Source: a virus
DNA: 64,000 nucleotides
Direction: 5' to 3' (one strand)
Virus record (IMG/VR): IMGVR_UViG_3300036861_000507
Location: 1 to 64,000 of that record
The position numbers and the translations under genes were made by a program. Position 1 is the first letter of the stretch. The number at the start of each line of letters is the position of its first letter. The notes below the pieces were generated by a model. It was not told the origin of the DNA. It saw only the letters and a list, made by a program, of their open reading frames with translations, and searched no databases. Shown piece after piece: positions 47,079 to 57,312 of the stretch.

Positions 47079-47286
47079 GTGCTGCCTCCCTTTCGCGCCT
47101 CGTACGCTTCCCTCGACACGCACTCGATCCCGCGCGCCACCGGAACCCTCAAGCCGTCGGCGAGGATGACGGTGCGCAAGATGCCGGCGTGCACCTGCTG
47201 CAGATCGGCAAGGCACTGGGCCTGGCTCGGCTGCGGCAGCGCGATCCGCTGGCCGGTGGTGAGGACCTGGATGATGAGGAACCACT

Positions 47287-47817
47287 TCACGACGGCCGCC
47301 TCCCATCGTTACGTGAATGGACGATCTGTCGCCGCTTCTCGGCCAAATCGCGGATGGCACCGAGCGCGAACCGCTCGCGCACCTCGCGCATCAGCTCGAC
47401 GCAATGGTCGGGATCGTGCCGGTGGCGCAGCCATAGCGCGAACAGCTCCCGGCGCAGCGCATAGGGATCGATGGCCCGTACCCACCACCAGGACTCCTCC
47501 CCGTCGGGATGGTGGTGGAGGCTGTCATGGCAGTGCCAGCAGAGTGGGACGACGAACCAGTCGGGAGGCTGGCGCCCGAGCCCCGCCATGCGCCCCGCTT
47601 CTCCGAAGCGGATGTGGTGCGCGTGCATGGCGCGATTTTCGGGGCAGGTGCAGCACGACACCTGATTGATGATGGCGACGTAGCGGGGCATGCGCCAGCC
47701 GGGCGGGACGGACACGCCCTTGCGCGCTTGGAAGCGCTCGGCGGGGCTGGGTCTGAAGTTGGCTAGCACGTGCGGTGTCTCAATCTCGTAGGCTCTATCC
47801 CGTCGACGCATGGTCAT
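47287..47817 (-). CDS. HNH-like zinc-binding protein (DUF968-like); start uncertain
   Basis: CCTC...HAHHI...G.G..PPDWFVVPLC..CH..LH. Confidence 0.65.
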   Translation of the reverse strand: MTMRRRDRAYEIETPHVLANFRPSPAERFQARKGVSVPPGWRMPRYVAIINQVSCCTCPENRAMHAHHIRFGEAGRMAGLGRQPPDWFVVPLCWHCHDSLHHHPDGEESWWWVRAIDPYALRRELFALWLRHRHDPDHCVELMREVRERFALGAIRDLAEKRRQIVHSRNDGRRPS

Positions 47818-47930
47818 GAACGCAACCTCCGCAAATGAACTCGTTGTCGCCGGACGCCCTGTCCGTGGGATGTGGGGCCCGCGGTACCAATGGGGGTTGG
47901 GGCGGGCCGGAGCATCCGGCGACAAACATC

Positions 47931-47958
47931 ACTCTACCAACTCGGTAGAGAATTGCAA
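47931..47958 (-). promoter_or_regulatory. Leftward early promoter with repressor operator
   Basis: TTGCAA-16nt-TAGAGT on the minus strand overlapping palindrome CTCTACC-N5-GGTAGAG (47932-47950). Confidence 0.7.
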
Positions 47959-48139
47959 GGCCTATTTTCTCAAATTCGGTAGAGGCTGTTCCACAGGTGT
48001 GCCGCCGCTGCAACAAAGTTCCATAATTTGTGAAGCTCGCGCATAGACCCGATTGCAACTGCTGCTAGAGTGCGACGTCTACGTACGTTAGTGACGACAC
48101 AGCAAAAAACGGGAACACACCTGTTGGGGGGGTGGAGGT

Positions 48140-48856
48140 ATGCGTGCGGCTATATTGACCTTGCGTGTGGAGTGGGATCGGAGGTGGCAATTCAACGGGC
48201 GGCCGAGAAACCTGTTGATCGCTGCGGCGAGCATGGCGGCGGCGACGGGCGTCGGCCTCGCTGCGGGGCGCTACGGCATTCTGTGGTATGGCTCGCCCTA
48301 CGTCGCCATCGTGGCGGTAATCGCCAACCGTCTCGGACTCCGTGCGGCACTGCTGGCGGCGGCCATGGGCATCGCCGCTCTGCATTTTCTGTTCATGGAT
48401 GCGGACTACACGTGGCCCACCCGCTGCGTGGCCTACCTATCGATCATTGCGGTTGCGGTGTTCGTGGCCCGGCCGAGGCCGCCGGCGACGACCACGGTCT
48501 ATGACCGCGGGCCGGACCTGCCATTCACCGGACGCAACGGCGGCAGTAGCGCCGAAGAGAACCAGCAAGGCGACCGCAGCCTGCATTCGGCAGGCTGGGT
48601 TTACTGGGACGTGCGCCCGTCAGGCAAATGGGCCGAGGATTGCCGAGTCGGCAGCGAGTACTGCCGCATCTGGATCAACCGCGCTCTCCATGCCGAGCGC
48701 GTCCCTCTACTATCTTGGATCGTCCATGACATGGTGCGCGCAGGTCGCTGGTCGGGCGTAGAGGCGGGCTTCACCAGTGCCTTGGAAAAGCTGGCACTTA
48801 GGCCGACCCCACGGGCACCGGGTTCCGCAGAACCACCCCCACAATCGTCGGGTTGA
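48140..48856 (+). CDS. Membrane protein in the immunity region
   Basis: About four hydrophobic segments followed by a soluble tail. Confidence 0.55.
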   Translation: MRAAILTLRVEWDRRWQFNGRPRNLLIAAASMAAATGVGLAAGRYGILWYGSPYVAIVAVIANRLGLRAALLAAAMGIAALHFLFMDADYTWPTRCVAYLSIIAVAVFVARPRPPATTTVYDRGPDLPFTGRNGGSSAEENQQGDRSLHSAGWVYWDVRPSGKWAEDCRVGSEYCRIWINRALHAERVPLLSWIVHDMVRAGRWSGVEAGFTSALEKLALRPTPRAPGSAEPPPQSSG

Positions 48857-49352
48857 CGGTCGGGTCGCTCAGGTCGATCGCCAGATTGGCGCCGCCGCGA
48901 TTGGTGACTAGCATGGATGGCGGCACGAACTGCCGCAGGGCCCGCTTGCGTTCCGGCCCGATCTCCACCAGCACTACGTCGAGACCCTTGGGATTGGCCA
49001 CGGCCTCGGGCGATTCGTCAACGGTGATGACGTCTCCGGGACCGATTCCCAGGTTGACCACGGACCGCTCGGTGACGCGGTAGACCCGCAAGCCCCGGCT
49101 GGCGATGGCCGCCACCACGGGGCTCGATTCCATCGGCTCGACCTCGACCGCGACCTCTGCCGCCACGACATTGGCGATCAGATCGGCCGGGTGGCAGTTC
49201 AGAACCTCGGATAGCCGTTCCATCCATTCCTGCGTCAGCTTCGTGGCGCCGCTCTCGAGGCGCCAGATGTGATTGGCCGTGGTCCCGACGAGGTCGGCCA
49301 GGGCTTCCTGGGTGAGCGTGGCTCGTTCGCGCAGTTCTTTGATGCGGTTCAT
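48798..49352 (-). CDS. CI-like repressor (XRE HTH)
   Basis: NRIKELRERATLTQEALADLVGTT...I.RLESG; divergent from cro. Confidence 0.85.
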   Translation of the reverse strand: MNRIKELRERATLTQEALADLVGTTANHIWRLESGATKLTQEWMERLSEVLNCHPADLIANVVAAEVAVEVEPMESSPVVAAIASRGLRVYRVTERSVVNLGIGPGDVITVDESPEAVANPKGLDVVLVEIGPERKRALRQFVPPSMLVTNRGGANLAIDLSDPTVNPTIVGVVLRNPVPVGSA

Positions 49353-49451
49353 GGCGGGTTCTGCATAGCCACGCCACTTTTCGCATTCATCTACGAAGCT
49401 AGTCGGTTGTACTGGCATGACGCAAACCCGTAACTGAGATACTCCACAGCA

Positions 49452-49480
49452 TTGACGTAACTCTACCCATCCGGTAGAGT
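49452..49480 (+). promoter_or_regulatory. Rightward early promoter with repressor operator
   Basis: TTGACG-17nt-TAGAGT enclosing CTCTACC-N5-GGTAGAG (49461-49479); cro ATG only 8 nt after the -10 box. Confidence 0.8.
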
Positions 49481-49488
49481 GCTTCGCC

Positions 49489-49692
49489 ATGAAGCTAACC
49501 GACTACCTGAAGAAGCACAAGATTTCGGTCGCCGACTTCGCCAAGAGCGTCGGCGTCGATCAGGACAGCGTCTACCGCTACTGCAACGGCACGCGGCGGC
49601 CGAGTTGGCGCGTGCTCCCCAAGATCATGTCGGTGACGGGCGGAAAGGTGAAGGCCGAGAGTTTTTTGCCTCGGCCCAGCCGCGCCGCGTGA
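49489..49692 (+). CDS. Cro-like repressor
   Basis: 67-aa HTH, V.RY.NG.R.P...I..VTGGKV....F. Confidence 0.85.
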   Translation: MKLTDYLKKHKISVADFAKSVGVDQDSVYRYCNGTRRPSWRVLPKIMSVTGGKVKAESFLPRPSRAA

Positions 49693-49724
49693 AGCGAGTG
49701 AACCGAGGCTCTGGATAAAAAACG

Positions 49725-50390
49725 ATGACCCGGCGGTCGATAGCATCACTGGCACCCGAGGAGGTGATCGGCGACGGCTCGCAGGCGGTCTACCTGTACT
49801 TTGCCGAAACGGAGCGCCGGCTCGCATGCCTTGAAGGACGCTACCGCTGGCCCTGCAAGATCGGCCGCACGGGCGGCGATGTCGCCCAGCGCATCTATCA
49901 GCAAGGAACCACGGCCTGCATGGCTAGGGCCCCGATCGTCGGGCTCTCGATCCAAACCGATGACGCCATTCAGTTGGAGCGCAGCATCCATCTTCATCTG
50001 CGCCTGAAGGGCGCCGCGCTCCCGGGTGCGATCGGCCGGGAATGGTTCGAGACCTCGCCCGGTGAGGTGCGTGATCTCTTCCTCTCGGGCGTAGCGAGCA
50101 CCATCCCAATACTGCCCCGCCGGGCCGCGTCGTTGAAGGCGAAACGACCGAAGGCAGAGAGGGATCAGGCTCTGCTTGAGGCCTTTGCACGCATGCGCCC
50201 AAGCGCAATCGCAACCAAGCTCGGGCTGACGGCGGCCGCCGTATGCGCATGGAGGACGATCCCGGCAAAGCATGTGCGTGTGGTCCAGCAATTGACCGGG
50301 ATAGGCGCTCATTTGCTGAGACCTGATCTGTTTCGTCCAGAGCACAGCCGGAGTTTCGCAGCAATGGCGCTGACGAGTTCCCCTCCGTAG
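49725..50390 (+). CDS. GIY-YIG-like domain fused to a Cro-like HTH
   Basis: VYLY..KIGRT..LERSIH..G.EWF followed by IATKLGLT.AAV..W..IP..LRPDLF. Confidence 0.65.
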   Translation: MTRRSIASLAPEEVIGDGSQAVYLYFAETERRLACLEGRYRWPCKIGRTGGDVAQRIYQQGTTACMARAPIVGLSIQTDDAIQLERSIHLHLRLKGAALPGAIGREWFETSPGEVRDLFLSGVASTIPILPRRAASLKAKRPKAERDQALLEAFARMRPSAIATKLGLTAAAVCAWRTIPAKHVRVVQQLTGIGAHLLRPDLFRPEHSRSFAAMALTSSPP

Positions 50391-50960
50391 CGTTCCCCGT
50401 TCCGTTGCGTCCCTGCGCGTCGCCTTCGGCTCGTCCATCACGGTTGGTTGGGAGAGCCCAAGTCGATCACGTCGCGTTTCCCGTGCGTGGATCATAGGAG
50501 GGCGCTGTAGGTGGCCGCCCTAGCACACTAAGACCCCCTGCGCGCCCGCCGCGCACCGGCCTTCGACATTGGGCCGCAGACACGGGCAAGGAGGTCGAGC
50601 CGCCGGCGTGAGGTTGCGTCTCCTGCGTCAAGAGAAATCCGGTTCAGGCTGGCGTCGGCGTGCGTGCTCGCTTCCGTCAGTCATCGTTTCGCCAGTGCTG
50701 CGGTGAGGCCTCACGCGGCGCGGGAACGATGACTGCTCCACCGGAGGCAGCGCGTGGCGCGGCCGGCCTGAACCAGAACACCGGAGCCGCACATGCTCGT
50801 CTCTCCCAAATCGATGCTCCAACTGCTGGGGCTGGTCCTGCTGATGGCCGTGGCCGTCAACCTCGCCGCCTGCTCGCAGGCGCGATTCCTCGGCACCGAG
50901 GACTTCTACGCGACCCAGGCCCGTCAATCGGGCGGGTCAGCGGAATGACAGGGGCGTGCC

Positions 50961-51518
50961 GTGAGCGGCTGGACTGACGAAAGGGTCGAGCTTTTAAAGC
51001 AGCTGGTGGCCGACGGCCTGAGCGCTGCGCAATGCGCCGCTCGGCTCGGCGGCTTCAAGCATTGCGCCGATGGTGGGCGCTCCGCCGTGATCGGCAAGAC
51101 GCATCGGCTCGGCATCGCCCAGAGCCGCTCCAGTTATGTGTCCAAGCCACGACGCGGAGCAGGCAAGACCAAGCCGCGCAAGCTGCACCGGCTCTCTCCA
51201 GATCACGCCGCCCTGGCGCAGATGCGGCGGGAGGCGTTCCGGGCCGAGCCGGACCTCGTCGTGCCCGAGAACGAGCGGCGCGGCCTGCTCGATCTGCAGC
51301 CTGGAACTTGTAAATGGCCGATTGGGGATCCCAAGGCACCCGACTTCCACTTCTGCAATCGGATGCAGATCGGCACCGACTCGCACGCCCGCCGCGGCAT
51401 GCACGTCTACTGTGAATTCCACGCAGCCCGTTCGAGCGATGGCCCGGCCGTTCGCAGCCGGAGACCTTCTGCCGCTCCGGCTCCGGCTCGCCAGCGCGAA
51501 GACATGGAGACCGCATGA
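50961..51518 (+). CDS. gcrA: GcrA-like cell-cycle regulator
   Basis: WTDERVELLK.L..DGLSA, R.AVIGK.HRLG, LLDL...CKWPIGDP...FHFC...YCEFH. Confidence 0.88.
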   Translation: MSGWTDERVELLKQLVADGLSAAQCAARLGGFKHCADGGRSAVIGKTHRLGIAQSRSSYVSKPRRGAGKTKPRKLHRLSPDHAALAQMRREAFRAEPDLVVPENERRGLLDLQPGTCKWPIGDPKAPDFHFCNRMQIGTDSHARRGMHVYCEFHAARSSDGPAVRSRRPSAAPAPARQREDMETA

Positions 51519-51796
51519 CTCCCGAACAAGCGCGCGCCGACATCTCCGTCATCCTCGCCACCAGGGCCGAGTTCTGGGAGCGCATCTGGGGCATGGCCTC
51601 GGCCGGCTACAAGCCGCCGGGCGTGGCCGGACCGCCCCTCCTGTCACAGCACCAGCGGGCCATGCTCGGCCACTCGCTCGGGGAGCGGAAGGCGCGACAC
51701 ATCCAGCAGGAGATGCGCGAGGGGCGGAGTGTGCGCGAGCGGGCGCGCGGCAGTGGGTGGGTGGTCAGGAATTCATAAGGGGACGGAGAGGGACAG

Positions 51797-53476
51797 ATGC
51801 ACGTGAAATCGGACGGAGCCTTTCAGCGCTACACGCTCGGGCCGCTTGGATTGGCAGCGTCGCTGATCATTCTGGCCGTCAGCGCGAGCATGAACTATCG
51901 CTTCGGCTACAGCCTCGGCAAGTCGCCACTCGACTCGCTGATCTACGGCTGGGCCTCGGTCGGCGCCGACATCTTGAAGGCGATCGCGCCGTTCCTGTTC
52001 TTCGCCGCCGTCACCAGCCGGCGCAAGGCGGTGGCGGTGGCGGCAGGGCTCGTATGGGTGGTAACGACCTGTTACGGCCTCACCAGCGCCGCCGGCCATG
52101 CCGCGCTCAACCGGCTCGACACCACCGGACAGCGCGCCGTGGCTGCGGATAGCTACAAGGACACCCGCTCCGATCTGTCCGAGGCCCGCAAGGCGCTCGG
52201 TTTCATCCCGGCGCACCGCGGCGAGTCGGCGGTGCGCGCCGAGCTCGAGAAGCTCAAGACCAACCGGGCATGGTCGCAGACCAACGAATGCGGCGAGGTC
52301 GGCGGCAAGGCAGAGCGAACCTTCTGCGCGCAGTACCAGACGCTCAAGGGCGAGCTGGGCAACGCCGAGAACGCCACCAAGCTGACGGCGCGCATCGATG
52401 TCCTGACCGCCAAGCTCGACAAGGTTTCCGAAGGCGGCGGCGCCGTTCTCTCCGAGGCCGATCCGCAGGCCTCGATCCTGGCCCGGCTGTCGCGCCAGGA
52501 CGTGCCGACCGTGCAGTTGGGGTTGGCCCTCCTGATCGTCTTGATGCTGGAGATCGGCGGCGGGCTCGGTCCCTACGCCTCGCTCTGGTACATGACGGGT
52601 GGCGTCAGGGTCGTCGATCTGAAGCCGGAAAGCGCGCCCGATGCCGTGGCTGCAGCGGCACCGACAGTTGCATTGGCATCGCCGCTAGCTGTTCTGGCCT
52701 TGGCGGGCGTTCCCTCGGGTTCACCCGCGGGCCCCGCGTTGCCGGCCCAACCGGCGATAATCGGGGAATCCGCGATCGCAGAGGCCAAACCCGAGCCCGT
52801 TCCGGCGACCGCCGGGTTGCCGAAGCCCACGCCCAAGGCCGCCGACAACCGGCCCATCAACATCTTCCTGGGCCGGCCGATCCCCGGTTCCGAACCGGAG
52901 CTGCGTTCCTTCGGCTTCCCGGTCGACGGCCGGCCGCCGGGACCGGCGCGCTCCAAGCTCCCCGTCAAGGACGAGGCCGATCAGTTCTGCCGGGCACTGA
53001 GGGCCTACGGCATGGCCGATACCCCGATCTGGCGGAACGAGGTGCCCAAGCTCTACCGCCAATACTCGATCGCCAACCACCGCGAGATGGTGGAGGAGGC
53101 GGCGCTCCTCGATGTGATGCAGAGGATGCGCTCCAAGGGCGTCGAGTACGGCAACATGCGCTACGACGGCGACAACAAGCGCCTGTCCTACCGCATTGCC
53201 GGCAAGCAGTACCCAAAGCCGAAAGTCTCCAACGACAACACCGCCCCCAAGGAGGTGGGCGGACCGAAGTCTTTCCCTACCGTATCGTCGGCGGAGCCGG
53301 CGAATGACGCTCCGCCGCAGAAGCCCGCCCTCCGCATCGTTCCCCGCGCTCCCGCCTTCCTCAGCGAGCACGAGCGCTGGGACATCGCCGAGGCGCGCAA
53401 GGTGAAGTGGGAAGCCACGGCTCGCTCGAGGAAACAGCGTGGATCACGTGTGCATAAGCTGGGGAGAGCGGCCTAG
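51797..53476 (+). CDS. Membrane-anchored coiled-coil protein
   Basis: Three N-terminal TM segments, coiled coil, a further TM segment, Pro-rich tail. Confidence 0.65.
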   Translation: MHVKSDGAFQRYTLGPLGLAASLIILAVSASMNYRFGYSLGKSPLDSLIYGWASVGADILKAIAPFLFFAAVTSRRKAVAVAAGLVWVVTTCYGLTSAAGHAALNRLDTTGQRAVAADSYKDTRSDLSEARKALGFIPAHRGESAVRAELEKLKTNRAWSQTNECGEVGGKAERTFCAQYQTLKGELGNAENATKLTARIDVLTAKLDKVSEGGGAVLSEADPQASILARLSRQDVPTVQLGLALLIVLMLEIGGGLGPYASLWYMTGGVRVVDLKPESAPDAVAAAAPTVALASPLAVLALAGVPSGSPAGPALPAQPAIIGESAIAEAKPEPVPATAGLPKPTPKAADNRPINIFLGRPIPGSEPELRSFGFPVDGRPPGPARSKLPVKDEADQFCRALRAYGMADTPIWRNEVPKLYRQYSIANHREMVEEAALLDVMQRMRSKGVEYGNMRYDGDNKRLSYRIAGKQYPKPKVSNDNTAPKEVGGPKSFPTVSSAEPANDAPPQKPALRIVPRAPAFLSEHERWDIAEARKVKWEATARSRKQRGSRVHKLGRAA

Positions 53477-53668
53477 ATGAAGCGTTACGAGCCCACCACG
53501 CCGATCATCCGACGCACCCGCCTCATCAGGGTCGAGAGGGTCGTGCGCGTGTCGAGGGTGGCGGCACGCAGGAAGAGGTTGGCGTTGCTCGATAGGAGGG
53601 CGGCCTAGTGACTGATCTGATCCGCGACTACCTGCCATGGCTGCTCTCCGCCATCACTGGGGGCGCAC

Positions 53669-54205
53669 ATGGCTGAACTGACGGTCGAGCGTCTGCGCGC
53701 TCTATTGGATTACAATCCCCTAAGTGGCGTGTTCACTTGGAAAACGAGAACCGTGTTCACGAAGTGGGACAAGGTGTGGAACACGCGTTTCGCTGGCAAG
53801 ACGGCTGGCGGCAAATCTCAACTGAAGCACCGTAAGAGTCCACAATGGACGATCGCGATTGATAACCGCAAATACCTAGCTCACCGCCTTGCGTGGCTCC
53901 ATCACTACGGCGTCTGGCCGACTCTGGACGTCGACCATCGCGACACCGACAGCTGCAACAACAGGATTGCTAATCTGCGCGAGGCAACGGGCGCGCAGAA
54001 CCAGGCGAACGGCGGCTCTCACTCTCACAGCCACTGTGGGATCAAGGGCGTGTCATTCCATAAGCTGACCGGCAGGTGGATGGCGCGCATCGCAGCCAAC
54101 GGCAAGCAGCACTATCTTGGTCTGTTCGACAGCGCGGACGCAGCACGCGCCGCCTATGCCGCCGCCGCACCAATCCATCACGGCGAATTCGCGAGGCTCC
54201 GATGA
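53669..54205 (+). CDS. HNH-AP2 homing endonuclease
   Basis: LRALLDYNP.SG.FTW, AHRLAW, VDHRD....NNRIANLR, KGV...W.ARI...LGLF. Confidence 0.9.
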   Translation: MAELTVERLRALLDYNPLSGVFTWKTRTVFTKWDKVWNTRFAGKTAGGKSQLKHRKSPQWTIAIDNRKYLAHRLAWLHHYGVWPTLDVDHRDTDSCNNRIANLREATGAQNQANGGSHSHSHCGIKGVSFHKLTGRWMARIAANGKQHYLGLFDSADAARAAYAAAAPIHHGEFARLR

Positions 54206-54504
54206 CGTGGCGCGACATCATCATCGCTTATCTGCCGTGGCTGTTGTCGGCACTGACGGTTTACATGACCCTTCTTGCCGGCAACAAGCACCCGTCAGCG
54301 TGGGCCGTCGGCCTCGTCAATCAGGCGCTGTGGCTCGGCTGGATCGTCACGGTCGGCGCCTGGGGATTGCTGCCGATGAACGCGGCGCTGTGGGTCGTCT
54401 ACGCGCGCAATCACTTCAAGTGGAGGATGCCCAATGACGTGATCCCGAAAAGCGAGAAGGCCCCGGAGGGCGAACCCCGGGGCCTTCGAATTCCAACCGC
54501 GTAA
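54202..54504 (+). CDS. Small membrane protein (PnuC-like half unit)
   Basis: W...GL.NQ.LW..W hydrophobic pattern. Confidence 0.55.
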   Translation: MTWRDIIIAYLPWLLSALTVYMTLLAGNKHPSAWAVGLVNQALWLGWIVTVGAWGLLPMNAALWVVYARNHFKWRMPNDVIPKSEKAPEGEPRGLRIPTA

Positions 54505-54566
54505 GCGTCCACCCGACCAAAGGAGACACTCACAATGTCACAGCGAAACCAGAGGAGATTTCAACC

Positions 54567-55472
54567 GTGAACGCACAGAATGTACACGACAAAGGCAGCA
54601 AAAGCAAGGCGCCAATGCCGTGGTTCAAGATGTATCCAGAGGCATATCTGGAGGGCACACGAAAGCTAACACCAGAGCAGCGCGGTATTTATTCCGACTG
54701 CCTGATGCTGCTCTACAAGCACGACAAGCCGCTTCCGAAAAATGATGCCTGGATGGCGTGCGAGCTGCATGTGAACGTCAAGGTCTGGCGACGGGTGCGG
54801 GATCTTCTGCTCTCGCTCGGGAAGCTGATCGAAATGCCAGATGGGTACATCAACAACCGCGCCGCAATCGAGTGTGAAGAGCGGTTGAAACGCCGTTCCA
54901 ACAAGGTTGCAAGCCAGTTGCAACTTGGTTTGCAACTCGGTTCCAAACCAACTGCAACCGAGTTGCAAACCGTTTCCGACCCAGGATTGCCCAGCGATAA
55001 CAACGACCGGCCTCCGAAGTTGCATGTTATTGCGGGCGCGACTTCGGCACCAAATGGCCCGAGACACGCGTGCGCGCGCGCGCGCGCCTCAGATCATCAG
55101 ATCATAGAAGAAGAGAAAGATAGTTCTTCTTCTGATGCTCCGCTGATTGATGATGATCCCCTCAAGCGCAGGCGGACGTTGCCGTCACATTTGGTGATGG
55201 CGCTGGCTAACCACGTCGGGACCGAACGCGCGCAGGAGATCGCCGACGAGTACATGGGCAGTGAGTTCGGCAGAGGCGCCAAGGTCTTTGAGCGCGCCTT
55301 CCCGGCATGGGTGCTGAAAGTTCACAAGATCAACATCGACGCAGCGCATGCGCCGACGTTAGCCGCAGAGATCATCGCTCTGTGTGGAACCGATGCGAGC
55401 GGCAAGCTGGACTTGTCGTTACCGAAGCGTGTGAGCCAAGCACCCCCGCCGAACAAGGGGAGGGCTGCGTAA
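54567..55472 (+). CDS. Replication initiation protein (YdaU/DUF1376-like)
   Basis: PWFKMYP..YL.GT..LT.EQRG.Y...L...Y N-terminus. Confidence 0.75.
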   Translation: MNAQNVHDKGSKSKAPMPWFKMYPEAYLEGTRKLTPEQRGIYSDCLMLLYKHDKPLPKNDAWMACELHVNVKVWRRVRDLLLSLGKLIEMPDGYINNRAAIECEERLKRRSNKVASQLQLGLQLGSKPTATELQTVSDPGLPSDNNDRPPKLHVIAGATSAPNGPRHACARARASDHQIIEEEKDSSSSDAPLIDDDPLKRRRTLPSHLVMALANHVGTERAQEIADEYMGSEFGRGAKVFERAFPAWVLKVHKINIDAAHAPTLAAEIIALCGTDASGKLDLSLPKRVSQAPPPNKGRAA

Positions 55473-56098
55473 TGGATAACGCTCCTTTCGGCTCACCGAT
55501 TGAGATCGAGCTGGCGGCCGGCATCGTCGAACATGGCGGAATGCAATTCGTGCCCAAGTTCGGCTTGCCTTACGAGGAGATCCGCAACGAAGCAGCGAAG
55601 GCCATTGGCCGAAGAGACCAGGCGCGCCTCAAGAAGGCGGTCGTTTTTCCGCAAGTGAAGATCGCCAAGTATGTCGTCGATTTCCTGGCTCTGTTTTGGG
55701 ACGACCGCGATTTCATCATGCCGATCGCCGTCGAGTGCGACGGGCATGATTTTCACGAACGCACGCCCCGACAGGCCCAATACGACAAGCTGCGCGACCG
55801 TTTCTTCGCAACCAACTCGATTTTCGTCATGCGGTTCACGGGCCGCGAAATCAAGCGCGATCCCGTCGACTGTGCGCGCCAAGTCTATCGAGCGACGGAG
55901 TTCACCGCACGCGGTCCATCCGCCAGCTTGGTGGGCGTGCAGTGGATCCTCTCCGAAGCTGAACTCGATGTGCTGCTTGAAGCGCAAGAGCACGAAGCCG
56001 AGCAAGAGTATTTCCGCGAGCAGCAGATCGAGGACTTCAAGCGCAAGCTGAGCATCGATGAGATCATGTCGGGTACCTACGAGGGCCTCTACCCATGA
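55472..56098 (+). CDS. DUF559/Vsr-like endonuclease
   Basis: QV.I.KY.VDF, AVECDGHDFH, D..RDR, MRFTG.EI. Confidence 0.8.
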   Translation: MDNAPFGSPIEIELAAGIVEHGGMQFVPKFGLPYEEIRNEAAKAIGRRDQARLKKAVVFPQVKIAKYVVDFLALFWDDRDFIMPIAVECDGHDFHERTPRQAQYDKLRDRFFATNSIFVMRFTGREIKRDPVDCARQVYRATEFTARGPSASLVGVQWILSEAELDVLLEAQEHEAEQEYFREQQIEDFKRKLSIDEIMSGTYEGLYP

Positions 56099-56610
56099 CC
56101 CTCTACCACCTCACCACCGGCCACTACCCTTCCAAGGCCTACGCCGTCCGCGCTGGCACGCACCAGGACGAGCCCGTCATCGCCTGGGTCCAGCGCAAGG
56201 GTGCGGCCGCCCTGTTCAAGAAATCCGATGCGCTGAAGTTGGCGCGCAGAATGCGCAAGGTGGTGCGGGTGAAATTGGAGGTGGCCGCATGACGCCCTGC
56301 ACCTACTGCTCCCACCCCCTCAAACCCACCGACTCCCACCTGACCGTCAACGCCATGGACGGGGTCTCCGGGATGTTCTGCTCGACGCTGTGCTTCGACG
56401 GGGCGCGCATGCGGGGAGCGGTGGTGGAGACGGGGTTGCTGCTGGCCGATCTCGATGGAGCACGCGGCTGGTACGAGTTGATGCTGGAAACGGTTGCACC
56501 GCGGATGATCGGGAGGTGTGCGTGATGAGGGATTCGGGATCAGTTCGGCGGTGTGCCGGTACGGCGGCTGGAGAAAGTCATCGGACCGTTGGAGCAACGG
56601 AGGGTAAGCC

Positions 56611-57312
56611 ATGACCATCTCGACCTCGACGATCGCTCGACCGAAGGGTCACTCCGCCGTCATGGCGGGGCGTGTCGAGCCGCCCAGCAGCTTGGACTTT
56701 TTCCCGACCCCGCCGTGGGCGACGCGCGCGCTCTGCGAGTGCGTGCTGACCGAGTCCGATTGGCATGGCCGCAGCGTGTGGGAGCCGGCCGCCGGCGAAG
56801 GGCACATGGCCGACGTGCTGCTGGAGTATTTCGCATTTGTCCTCGCGTCCGACGTGCACGACTACGGCCGTGGTCATGCGATCGGATCATTCACGGGCAG
56901 CGGCCCGGACGTGATCGAGTGGGACGGCGAGCATCGTGAGCCGGATTGGACGATTACGAACCCACCGTTCAACGCTGCAGTCGACTTTGCCGAGCGGGCG
57001 CTGCAGGAAGCAACGCATGGGGTCGCGCTGCTGTTGCGCTCGGCCTGGATCGAGGGAGCGGAGCGCTACAACCGACTGTTCTCCCGGTGTCCTCCGAGCG
57101 TCGTCGCGTTCTTCGTCGAGCGCGTGCCGATGGTCAAAGGCCGCTGGGACCCAAATGCATCGACGGCAACGTCCTACGCGTGGTTCGTTTGGCGCATCAC
57201 CGAAGGCTCACAGCCGACGCAGATGATTTGGATACCGCCGGGCCAGCGCAAAGCCCTGGAGCATCCCGACGATCGCCGTCGCTTCGGACCGCAAGAGGTT
57301 GCCGTGTCATGA
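56611..57312 (+). CDS. DNA amino (N6-adenine) methyltransferase
   Basis: DFFPTP.WAT, WEPAAGEGHM, ITNPPF, YAWFVW. Confidence 0.85.
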   Translation: MTISTSTIARPKGHSAVMAGRVEPPSSLDFFPTPPWATRALCECVLTESDWHGRSVWEPAAGEGHMADVLLEYFAFVLASDVHDYGRGHAIGSFTGSGPDVIEWDGEHREPDWTITNPPFNAAVDFAERALQEATHGVALLLRSAWIEGAERYNRLFSRCPPSVVAFFVERVPMVKGRWDPNASTATSYAWFVWRITEGSQPTQMIWIPPGQRKALEHPDDRRRFGPQEVAVS

